NCBI RefSeq assembly: GCF_041146345.1
Contig: NW_027191409.1
Location: 1,798,001-1,862,000 of the forward strand
Length of the DNA: 64,000 bases
Source: Neodothiora populina
Taxonomy: Eukaryota
Direction of reading: 5' to 3'
The number at the start of each line of letters is the position of its first letter. Position 1 is the first letter of the stretch. Made by a program: the position numbers and the translations under genes. The notes beneath the pieces are model-generated. The model ran no database searches and was not told the DNA's origin. It saw only the letters and a list, made by a program, of their open reading frames with translations. This document shows positions 34,735 through 46,338 of the stretch, piece by piece.

Positions 34735-36116
34735 ATGACGGCAAGTAACCAGGATTGGAGTGCCCATTTCGGAATACAGAACATACCCTTCGGTGTTGCA
34801 AGCTCGAGCAAACACAACACTCCACAGACTGTATCTCGCTATGGTAATAGCATTATATTTCTCGCCGAGTTGGGAGAGTCGTTCTTGGCGTCTGTTCAAC
34901 TCCCACAAGATGTTTTCCTCGAGTCCACATTGAACAAGTTCGCTGCGCTGGGAGGCTCGGTGCAGCAAACAGTTCGTGGCGCACTCCAAGCAATGATTAA
35001 GGCAGATTCCATCCCACAACACAGTATCGAGGATGTAAGTATGGTTCAAATGCACCTTCCGGTATCTGTCGGCGATTTCACCGACTTCTCTTGCTCGGAG
35101 TACCACAACCTGAATGCAAGTCAGGCCGTCACGGGCAGACGAGGCTTACCACCAACGTGGGGCTTCATACCTCCCGGTGAGTCATTATCAAAACACATCG
35201 AATAGCACTTTTTTTTGATGCAATGAAGGCTACGCAGGAAGGTGCTCGAGCATTGCTGTATCTGGTAGTCCCGTCAGGCGACCGAAAGGTCAGTTTTGGG
35301 CAGATGCCGCCTCAGCGATGAAGGGAGAGAACCGCTCGATCCTTTACGGCCCGTGCAAGAAGATGGATTACGAAATGGAACTAGGAGTGATTGTAGGAAG
35401 ACCGGTTCCTTATGGCGAGACGATGACAGCTCAGGAAGCGGAAAACCACATTTTTGGATATGTAATCCTCAATGATTGGAGTGGTGAGTCCTCCGTCATC
35501 ACAGATGAACTGGTGATCGGAGCTAATTGAACCTCTAGCCCGGGATATCCAAACATTCGAGATGATTCCGCTCGGACCATTGAACTCCAAGAATTCAGGT
35601 ACAACCATGTCACCATGGGTGATCAGTCCTGACGCGGTGGCACCATTTCGAGGTGTCAGTAAAACGCTGTTCCGTAATGTGGCACCCAATCTCGTGCAAT
35701 CACATGACAAAGTCCTTGCTGTCGATATGAAAATCACCGTGACGCGTCCAATGCCAGAGAAAGAAGGTGAGGTGGTAAGAGACAACACGGCTGAGGTTAT
35801 GAGTCGATGCAACAGTTCTGTGATGGCATGGTCTTTCGAACAACTGATTGCCTATCAATCAAGTGCCGGATGTGGTCTACGATCAGGCGATCTGCTTGGC
35901 ATAGGAACAGTGAGCGAGGAGGAGGATGGAACACGAGGTTGCCTACTCGAGGATAACATTCCATCGTTAGGAAGAGCGAGAGGCTTCGTTCAAGATGGCG
36001 AGACCGTGGAACTCAGTGGCTATTGCGGAGAAGGGGTTGGATTTGGAGACTGCAGAGCTCAATTGTTACCAGCATCTGGCGATAATGTCTGGACCCCCAT
36101 AAATCCGAGCAAATAG
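34735..36116 (+). CDS. Fumarylacetoacetate hydrolase family protein
   Basis: FGIQNIPFG, MHLPV.VGDFTDF, MDYEMELG, LNDWSARDIQ, GPLNSK, GDLLGIGTVS, GVGFGDC; two introns. Confidence 0.92.
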
Positions 36117-36629
36117 ATACAGACACCAGCATTTGGATCGTTCAGCTTGACTCACTCCCAGTCTCTAGACGCAAGACAACACAGCAGGCATCATGGCATC
36201 GAGATTTCTCAGACGAAGTTCTGACTATACTACAATAATTCCACGGTGAGGTGCTCGGACAACGACGTGCATTAGAGAGCTTACGCTGCTACATATACCC
36301 TACTTTTACAGCACAACAAAACCCACTCCTGCACCAGTATGGTACATCTTTGCTTGCGTAAGTATGCCTTTGATGCCATGTCCTGGTTCGAAATATTACC
36401 CAGGTGCATTGCAGACCCATGTACCTGCTATTATTCCATATTCAGCATGCGACTTCGACGCAACTTGGCCCCAATCGATGACCACCTTGGTTGTACACAT
36501 GTCGCTCCCTGTCGCCCCACAACCTTTGGGTAAAGGTATATCTAGAGTCGAATTGTGCCGTGCGACCCCGCTATATTACTCCATATGAGATTAAGCTCCA
36601 ACGACATACTGTATAGTGTACTTGCCTCT

Positions 36630-36642
36630 CGGGTTGTGGGGG
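36630..36642 (-). promoter_or_regulatory. Near-match of the cluster motif (CGGGTTGTGGGGG, 11/13) upstream of the MFS gene
   Basis: About 200 nt upstream of ATG 36838; keeps CGG-N3-GTGGRG. Confidence 0.6.
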
Positions 36643-36837
36643 TGCATCTTGTGGGGTCAAGACCAGATGTCTGGGGGCCCCGCATTACAATCTGGAGAAG
36701 AATCCGGGGATGGAGAGGTTAGCCGGGGGAATGACCACGGCTACCCTTGTGTCGGCAACGACCTCAAATAGGTGCTCACATCTCGATCATGCCTCCATTC
36801 CCTGACTCTCATTTCATCAGCGTATCTGCGAAGAACC

Positions 36838-38696
36838 ATGGGTGGCTACAGAACAGCGTTTGCACTGTCGAAGACAGAGGTGCGAGATGCCAGACCTTTG
36901 GGCACTGCTGTACTGATTGGTATCAACATCACGTCTCTGGCCATGATCAACCAGCTAATGTGTGAATAGACCATGAACTTGTGCGGACCACTACTGGGAA
37001 CCATGAATATGTCGAGGACCATCTGCAACTGGTACCGTAAGTGACAGATGATATCGTATCTTTTCTTGTGACGATGGCTAATCCTTCTCTAGCGAACCCT
37101 CGCAAGATCCAGCAGATCCACTGAACTTTCCCATGTGGAGGAAACTTGCAATTCTCTCCTGCATGAGTCTGTATGCGTTCATAACAAACGTGTCCAGTGC
37201 CATCATCAGTAGTGCGTTGCCCGAGCTGGTCACGGCTTTTGCGACCTTTTCGAGGACGGGCCCTCCCACCGGGCTGGTGCCCTTCTCGTCCTTGACCCAT
37301 CTTATCGCCGTCAACATTCTGATGCTGGGAGCTTCCAACATCTGGTGGGTCCCGCTCGGCAACACCTTTGGCCGTCGTCCGATCATCCTTGTGAGCATCC
37401 TCCTCTTGACAGGTTGCTCTGTATGGTGCGGGGCCGCACAGTCTTATCCCAGCCTTCTAGCGGCTAGGGTATTCCAAGGTGAGGAAAGCCATGTATCTAT
37501 GCTTGTCTGACCACAGCTGACACATTACTCAGGCATTGGTGGCGGTGCAGCCGACACGCTCGCTGCTGATGTTGTTGGCCAGATCTTCTTCGTACATCAA
37601 CGTGGCCGAGCTATGGCCATATATACCATGATGCTCGTATCCGGCTCCCTCATTGGAGGGTTGATCGGAGGATATGTCACAGCCAGCTTGAGCTGGCGCT
37701 GGACATGCTACATCCCTGCAATAATGAGTGGTTGCCTTTTCGTCTTGACCTTCTTCCTCGTCCCGGAGACTCTCTTCGATAGGACCAGTGCAATCGCAAT
37801 TGCACATGAGCCCATCGCCGAGGAGGACGACGTCAATGAAAAGTCCAATACAAGCCGTATTGAGTCTGCTCCCCACCATGCTTTCCCACCATACACATTT
37901 GCCAGATCTCTCAAGCTCGGGACATATCGCCCTGGCCTTCTCAAGCGTCTCGTTACTCCCTACACGACTCTGTTGTTCCCAGGAACATGGATGGTCATGC
38001 TGCAGTATGGTGGTCTTGTCGGTCTTACAGTCACCGCAAGTACCATTGCTCCTGTCCTGCTAGCTCAGCCACCATATCTATGGGGTGCCAACGTGGGTCT
38101 CATCAACGCTGGAGGCCTTGTTGGAAGCATACTTGGAGCTGTCTATACATATCTAGCTGCTGACTGGTGGGTCAAACGTGTGGCAAAGAGAGACTCACAT
38201 GGGTATGGTGAGCCAGAAGCTCGTGTCCCACTCATGTTCCCAGCTCTTGTGATAGCCTTTGCCGGAGCGCTTGCCTTCGGATTCTCAGCCCAAGCTCTTA
38301 CACCAAAGGCATGGATTGGACTGGAGTTTGGATCTGGCATGATCGCATTTGGACTGATGCAAGTTCCATCTATCGGGTTCAACTACCTTATCGAGTGCTA
38401 TGGTGGATGGGCGTCGGACTGCTGTAAGTCTATTCTATGTCAGCCAACTACCTGCAGAGTACTTGTACTGACTATAAACAGTCTTGATGGTTGTGACTTT
38501 CCGTGCTGTTATTGGTTTCGCGTGGACATTCTTCGTCGGTACCTGGACAGCCTCGGCTGGGTTTGCCCTTCCGTTCGGCATCTTTGCCCTTCTGATGGGC
38601 GTTTTTGCCTTGACCGCTGTACCAGTCTGGCTTTGTGGCAAACGTTTCCGAATCGCAGGCGAGAACCTCATACAGAAAGAATTCGCCGTGAGATGA
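36838..38696 (+). CDS. MFS transporter (DHA1/Hol1-like)
   Basis: PLGT, P.PSQDPADPLNFP.WRK, FGRRP, ARVFQG, FFVHQRGRAM, VPET, EPEARVP; four introns. Confidence 0.9.
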
Positions 38697-39836
38697 GCGA
38701 GATGGACTGCGTAGCCGTTTGCAATGGTAGGCTCAAGCACGTATTCGCACAATTTGTAAACACATTCTTATGTTAATGCAAACCGACAATCTTTGTGGTG
38801 TTCAGACCTTTCTCTATTCGCTCTGAGATGACAACGCTGTGATCTTGATTCTATACCTAAGAATATCGCACCCCCAGTAATGAGCCTGATTTGTCAGCCT
38901 GTCCGTGTCATTATCTCCTTCTATTATTCGATACACGAATGTTGGGTTCAGAAAAGGTCGCTTTCCCTAGAGGCATATCCAAGGAATGCGACTAGCCCAT
39001 GATGTTTTGTGAATTTTACAATCACTGGTTCGTGGTTGAAAAACAGCTGCCATGACCACTGGGGGCACCTGGCCTGTCGCTCCAAGGATCCATCTAGCAC
39101 GGCCGAGCCCCACACATTTTATATGCATATCAGCATCCACAATGTATATTGCACCTCTGAATTCAGGGACCTCCGGACGGAGCGGCATGCTACGCTGATC
39201 GTCCTCAATGGCGCATTCTATATGCACAAGCAGATTACGATTTTCGTGCGACGATAAGCATGTTAGCCTGTCATCTTGCACGAGAGGCTCATACATGTCT
39301 GCGTGAATCCTGCGGAGGTCTTCAACCACTCACCAGTTCTACGCAGATTAGGACAAAATTGTCCTCAAGTAGCCCGTTAATCGCTATCGACACTGGATCG
39401 CTCCTGGAGCCCTTCAGAATCATCGCATGAGCACGAAGATAAAATGCCGTGCGAGGTCATCTTTAGGCAATGTGCCATTAGCATAAGACTATTGGCACTT
39501 TGATGAAGCTTGCATTCAACTGCCGGAATGAGTCTAACAACTAAGGAGATTACATGCGTACGGATCGCTTCCGCATCAGAAGCAAGAAGCATATATTTTC
39601 ATGACACCACTACTGTCGTGGATCCGCTGGATTTAAGTGTTCGAGCGCCAAAAATTGCAGCTTGACATTCTATCAGATCAGATCCTCAACCAAATACGGT
39701 GTAGTCAGCAGGGCGTTGGGCAGCGATCCTCGCAAACAGCGTCCTCAAAATTATCATAGATAGCCTTCATCCTTCAGATTTCCACTTCGAAAAGTGCCGT
39801 ATGCGTCATAGACTACGATTCGACGATTGACCTACC

Positions 39837-41169
39837 ATGGCAGCAAATTCGCCGGATGTCATAATCGTCGGTGCCGGGATCATAGGGCTCATACTGGGTC
39901 AAGCTCTCAAAAAGGTGCATATGATAGAATGTTAGATGGCATCAAAATCTTTGACGCGCAGAATAGGCAGACATACCGTTCGTGATTCTCGAGAGAGACG
40001 AGAACGCCTCAGCTCGAATTCAAGGCTGGGCTCTGACATTGCACTGGGGTCTGGAGTACCTGAAAGAATTGTTGCCGGTCGAAAATTTAGATGCTGTGAA
40101 AGAGTGCCAGGTCGACCCCAACTTCGCTGCCAATGACACAGGCAAATTCCTTTTTCTGAACCTCGAGGATGGTACGACCAAATTTGAGATTCCAGTCCGA
40201 GAAAGGTGGAGGGTGAATCGAGACAAATTGAGAAGAGCTCTATGACGCGGGCTTGAGAAGAAGGTATTGTGGTCAAAGCATGTACAAAGCGTTTGCTTTT
40301 CCGAGGAAGACGCATCTCCTGTCGAGGTCGCTTGCGCCGATGGTACTATTTGGCACAGCAGATTCATCGTCGGCGTTGATGGCAGTAGCTCAAAGATTCG
40401 TAGACTTCTCTTACCGGACCTGCATGCTTTGACACAATTACCTGTCCGATTGACAGGAGTATCTGTCAAATTGACGCCTGAGCAAGCCGAACCTTTACGC
40501 TCCATAGACCCGTTGCTCTTTCAAGGACTTCACCCCTCAACCAGGACGTATCTTTGGTTCTTGATTATGGACGCCCCACCTGTAAGCAGTACAGAAAGTA
40601 CAGATGATCTCAATTATCTTGTCCAAATCAACATGAGCTGGCCGTATCTCTCACCTGCAGACGAGGTTCGCCATACTGATGCCGAAAGGCTAGACAATAT
40701 GCGGCAACGAGCCAAATGTCTGGAATCAAGGTTCAAGCGAGCCGTTAACGACATTCCGACAGGGACTTCAGTGTCTGAAGTGAAGCTCATGCATTGGAAC
40801 CAGGTAAAGTGGGACAACCATAGCCGAAGAATAACACTCGCGGGCGATGCAGCCCATCCGATGACAATGTGTCGGTCTCCCCCCTTCATCCTATCCCTCG
40901 ATTTTGCCAGCACTAACAGTATCATATCAAGATCGAGGCGAGGCGGCCAATCATGGGATCCGTGACGTTTATTCCTTAATGATGTCACTTCGTGAGTGGC
41001 ACGAAATGGCACAGCTTCGTCGATCCTGGAGCATTATGAAGAGGAATCGAGGCAACGTACGCTGGATGCAGCGGAATTAAGTAGGCAAGCTTGTCTCGAT
41101 GCTCACGACTGGGAAGCTTTGACCGAAGACAGTGCCATACGTGTACGAGGAGTCCAGAACGACCTCTAG
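39837..41169 (+). pseudogene. FAD-dependent monooxygenase pseudogene
   Basis: IVGAGIIGL, VGVDGSSS.IR, TLAGDAAHPMTMYRGEAANHG, SRQACLDAH. In-frame TGA at 40243-40245 and a frameshift near 41005. Confidence 0.85.
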
Positions 41170-41412
41170 AGGTCGCTTGCGTGTAACCGAGTGGTATTGT
41201 TGCCGCAGGAATGGCTCTCTACGAGATTTGAGAATGTACAAGGATCTCAAAGGGCCAATCAGATCACATGCAAGATGCATATGCTGCTATTTGCATAGTA
41301 AATCTATGTACCCATAGCAGTCCCGAGACATTTGCACGTTCATCATGTCGAATATGCGCTGGCCGTTGCTTGTTGCGTCAATTTGGTTAAAGATGGATCT
41401 CTACTGCTAATT

Positions 41413-43036
41413 CTAGTAATGGTATCTGAATTGCTTCACGTCCTCTGTAGTATTGGAGACGTCTGCGCGATCAAGTGCTCTGTTCCGGTAACCATAGAGG
41501 ACTCTAAGCACGACTGCAACAATTATTGAAGCGCCGATAGTTGCGACCATAGTTTCTTTGGCTGGCATATAGCCTGGCGCGTCTTTCACTTGGTATGTCT
41601 GCGGGCCGATTATATTTGCAATGCTGAAAGCGACTGATACCATTGCTCTCGCGATCACCTGGATGAACGTCAGCGGTGGTTCAACTGCAGGCAGCACAAG
41701 TCGCAGTACCTTTCTAGTATACCCGATATAATTGGCGGTTATCCATGCAAATATGATGGCCAAAGGAGCGACAACCTGGCAACATGTCAATGTGGAGCGC
41801 AGGACGGTGAGTGCTATGCATGCTTACGAAGTTCACCAAGTATATTCCGGCCAGTGTGCTCCCTTCCTGGTGTTGGTCGAAACACAATAAACACGAACCA
41901 ATAAGCGCGGGTACAACGCACCCAATGACCGATAACCAGCGAGGAAAATTCTTAGTGATCACCCTCGTCGAGAGAATGGAGGCAATTATGCTGACAGCCC
42001 CTGACGGTATGTTCAAAAGCGTCGCGGCTTTAGTGTCGTAGCCAAAAGTGTGAGTGAGGGTCCACGTGAATGTGGTGATCAGGCCACTGCACTCTGAAGT
42101 TGTAATGGTCAACAACATCAACAGCCACGTTTGCAGGTCAAGTATGACCTCAGTCACAAAGTTCCATTGAAAAGGTTTCCGTTTGGCTCCAGCTTGATCG
42201 CGGTCGAGGCGGACAGCAATGATGTTCTTCTCCTATTCGGGTAGAAACCTTGCCTGACTCGGTGTCTCTGGTAGAAAGAAGATGATTAGACATGCGACGA
42301 GTATGTTCACAGCTCATATACAGATGAACATGATACGCCAGCTGTGAAACTCAGATGTGGTGTGCTGTGCTCCGAAACTGATAAGACACCCAACAAACTG
42401 ACCCGCTCCAAGCCCACAGTACCAGAATCCATAACGTGGCGCAGATTCGTCTTTGGTATACCACATAATCGTGATGACAACCAGAGCTGGCTGAGATACT
42501 GCTTCAAGAACGCCTGATAATGCTCGTACTGCGATGATAGAAGCTGCGTTTTTGCACGCTGCAACACAACAGAGCACAATACCCCATGCAAGCACATTGA
42601 ATCCCAGAACTTTGACTGCCGGCAACCGTTGAAGAAGTATCGCTTTTGTGATATCGGCATTTGAGACTTGACGTTTCAGAGCGGGAAATGCTTACATTGA
42701 GGTATTTCGGCGAATAAGTAGGCAATGAAAAATCCTGTTGCAGTCCAGGAGAACTCCTGTCCCTTCTTATGGAGGTCTTGTTGCAGTCCCATGATGTTTG
42801 CATACTGTTTATGGTCAACATGACCTCATAAGATTTCTTGGATGCAGAAGTCTTACATTCATCGCAACTTTGTCAAGAAATTGTAGGAAGTAGACCAGGA
42901 ACATTATGGGTAATATCCTCCAGTCAATCTTGCGGAGCAAGCTCAGCTCAGCTACAAGCAGCTGAGGCGCGCTAGCGTCGTGCGTTTCATCGCTCGGTAC
43001 TAGTCTGATATGCGATTTCAGGTCTTTCCACGACAT
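41413..43036 (-). pseudogene. Dal5/allantoate permease family MFS pseudogene
   Basis: RKIDWRILP, QFLDK, MWYTK.E...R, IIGPQTY, FRY.Y. In-frame stops at 42316-42314 and 42235-42233. Confidence 0.87.
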
Positions 43037-43655
43037 ACTCGCAAGCGTATTAGATGATATGGAGCTCTTGCAACCTTTTCAAGTCTTATAGTACAAAAGG
43101 GCCTTATAAAGGCCTGCAGTGGTAGATATGGCGGTCAGTGCTGTACCCTTGAGGTTGCGAGCATCTCCTGTTTCACACACATGGAAGCGTTGAACTAGTC
43201 GCGAGGTCACATCTGGGCTTTACCGAAGATAGCACGAATAGTATCGAGTATCATGAAGGAGTCTTGAACGTTGAACGTTGAGAACTTCGGGAGTATCTAT
43301 GTAGGCTCCCGGGGTACATGGCAGGCGAGTGGACTCAATAGCACCAATCGCGCTGCGGAACCTACCGGTCTACATATAGTACATTCCCTGATTTGTTTTA
43401 AGTCATCATGCTAAAGGACTCCAATCATGCAGACTCTTACAGCTTGATGCACGACCCACAGAGAACGAAAAACCACTCTACTGTCTCACCATGTGTGACG
43501 ACGCAGACTTGACCGACTGGCGTTGGCTTGCATGTGCAAGCCTTCTGCTATTCAATTAGCGCGTAAATACCACAGGTCAATGATTTTTGCAGGAAATTTC
43601 AATCTGTGCAATATGCAGCTTTACAAGACAAATTAGGAGCTATTTATCAAGTGTA

Positions 43656-44949
43656 TCATTTGAGTCCATGCGACGACACAGCCATGACCGAGACATCGTA
43701 CAAAGTGGTCTTTGTGATGCCTAGGATTTCTTCCTGACTACCACTCTTATCATGGTCGTCCATTCTTCCCTCCGCGGGAGTCACTGCTGTGCTCACAGGT
43801 ATGAGACTCCGCAGCCTGTAGCTTGACGACAATCCACAATTTCGATAGCCCATCAGTTGTGAGCTTCCAAGGCAAGCAAATATGGGTCGTATGAGAAAAA
43901 TCAATGAAGCTGAGACTACCTGTGCAGATCCTATCAGCTTCCATGATGACCATCCAGTCTCCGCTCTCTGGAGCGACACCTACCCCTGAATTGAGCTCAA
44001 GATCCCCATATAGTATCAACAGAGTGGAGTCATCATTCCCGGTTGCAATCGTCGTGATCTGCACCATTCTGAGTAGTGAGAAGATGGTAGTGATGAAGCC
44101 GAGCAAGAATCCAAGGCAAAGTGTCGCTTTTCGAAAGTTTGTGAGCTGCACTGTACGAAGAACCCATGTGGGCTTCAGGTATACGAAACAGTCGCACAAT
44201 ATGGTTGCAGAGGCCATCGTCCAATTCATAGGCGCAAACGGTAGACAATGATCCGGCATCTCAGGATGGAAGTTCTTCGCATACTGTTGATTTGTCAGCT
44301 CTGAAGATCTTCCGTGCATAATAGAACGGCTGACTGGTGTGCAATTCCCCAGCATGACACACATGGATATAGCCTGGACGAAACCAGAACCCCATGCTCC
44401 GACCTTTACGATGATTCTGTATAGCCTCATGTCCGATTGCTCGGTGATCCGAAGACTAACGAGGCATAGCGAGATTTTGAAAGAAGCGAGACATACAAAG
44501 TAGAAGGGTCTTGCGTAAAAATTATACTGCTTGTGTCAGATCATTCGCTCTGTCAAAATGCACTTTTGACTGCTCACGAGCGTGTATGTATGATGGATCT
44601 GCGCAGCCCTCGAAGCCGGTGGGAGACCAAGACCATAGCGGGTTTCTTCCATGAAACAATTTAGCTTGGACTTTGACTAGCACACTCGACGTACGAATTA
44701 TGGAGCATCTGTTGTAAAAAATGCTGGTTATCTAAATGCTTCCTGACCAGAAGATGCCGGACAAAACACGAGCGGTTGATTTTACAAGAGACAGAATTGC
44801 CCAATAATCCTCCCAGCTACACTCGGCTCCTCGTCGTCAAAACAGTAAACGAACGCAGCCAAGAGCGTTGATATGATGCTAACAGCGACTACTGCTGCGA
44901 GTTGGGATCTGCTCTCTTCTTGTGGACTGGCATGAAGGATCCACGTCAT
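43656..44949 (-). pseudogene. Pth11-like (fungal rhodopsin-domain) membrane protein, disrupted in exon 1
   Basis: WEDYWAILSL, ETRYGLG, FKISL...LR, CTPV, SLLRM, LELNSG. WEDY is out of frame with ATG 44949 and preceded by TGA 44839-44837. Confidence 0.7.
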
Positions 44950-46338
44950 GATCTCGAGATTGTCGATGGAAGAGAGTGAAAGTCATTATGCGTGGGCAAG
45001 GAGACCTATGAGAACAAGTGGACCAAATTTGGTCTGTCGTAGATATTGGTCCGTTCCAATCATTTTAACCGAAGGTCTGGAAATATCCACAATAAAGGTA
45101 TCTATCCCATTGTCCTTATAGGAGTCATACGTGGAAACATTGATCAGAATACATATATCGGGAAGAACATTGATAAGATAGATCGTCCGGCTATCATGAA
45201 TGCCACCCGTGAGCCTTGGGCTGGAAAATGAGACTCATTTCCAATCAGTCAATCGTGTACGCAACATGAATACAATCATAAGGGGATTAGCGCCAAACGC
45301 AGAATCTGCTTTTTGCCCTGTGGTTGATCGTCTTAGTCGCGTATTCTTGGGAGTACGATGGACGGAAAAGTGAGTACTGCTGATGTTTGCATGGCCTTCG
45401 CATTTCAGCCAGAGGCAATCGAGACCGCCGGCTGCTTACAGTCCAGTCCCTTAGTCCCAGCCTAAAGTTCACGCAAGGTAAGCGGACTCCATGCCTCAGG
45501 AGATAAAATGAGTAAGATCGGAGTCTAGTTCCGACAAGATCTTCACGCATACCCTGGCACGAGTGCATTGATACAATCTTGCTCGCGAGGAGCGGATAGG
45601 GATGCTCCGTGCCTGCCGTGATTGGATTCGCATTGACTTACTTGATGTTGCGTAACGCTATTCAAGAGGCTCTCGATATGATGTTGTGTTGGGTTTCCCT
45701 ATGGGGTGGACGGTAATGCTATATTGCCCGGTAGAGTAATGTAACAACTAAAACTAAAAATAGCGGCGGAAGCCCTGTGGGAATCTGTAGCCCATAAAGT
45801 ACACATATAGTCCTGTACGAAGTGTTTACAGGGAGTCAAGTCAAACACAAATCATGTGGCCATTCGCCGTTCCATGTCTACTGTCAGCTCCCGCCAAAGC
45901 TTAGTCAGGCAGCATCATACAACGGCTATAATAATAGCTGTACGGATACTGACGGGTCGAGTTATTGTCGGATCGATAGGAAGTCTTCCGCATACTACTT
46001 TCCGCAACAGGCTAGCGATGCCGCCGGTCTCGATGCAGTATGCAGTACATCGCTTGGGGCATTATCACAGATCGTATCTTTGTCCGTCCAACAGTGTAAA
46101 GCGTTGTGGTCGTTGCATTATGCCAGATAGTCTCTTAGCGAAGCAGCTTCTTCTATAGTGGTCGTAATACGGCCTTGGACGAGTCTATGAGCATAAGGCG
46201 GCATAAGATGACTTGTAAATGATCGCTAAAAAGCTACTGTCGATAACACATGTGCATAATAATACGTATGGTCTTGATTTACCATATGAGCAGATAGGAC
46301 CAGTTAGGAAAGATAATCAGTCGCGCAATGCTTCATTT

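Noticed and set aside
21395..38696. Cluster as a secondary-metabolite or betalain biosynthetic locus
   Set aside because: No PKS, NRPS, terpene synthase or tyrosinase in the window; FAH, hydrolase and ring-cleavage content favours catabolism, though biosynthesis is not strictly excluded.
38967..39592. Short minus-strand ORFs with splice-like signals, possibly a TF relic
   Set aside because: No coherent model or recognisable motif could be built.
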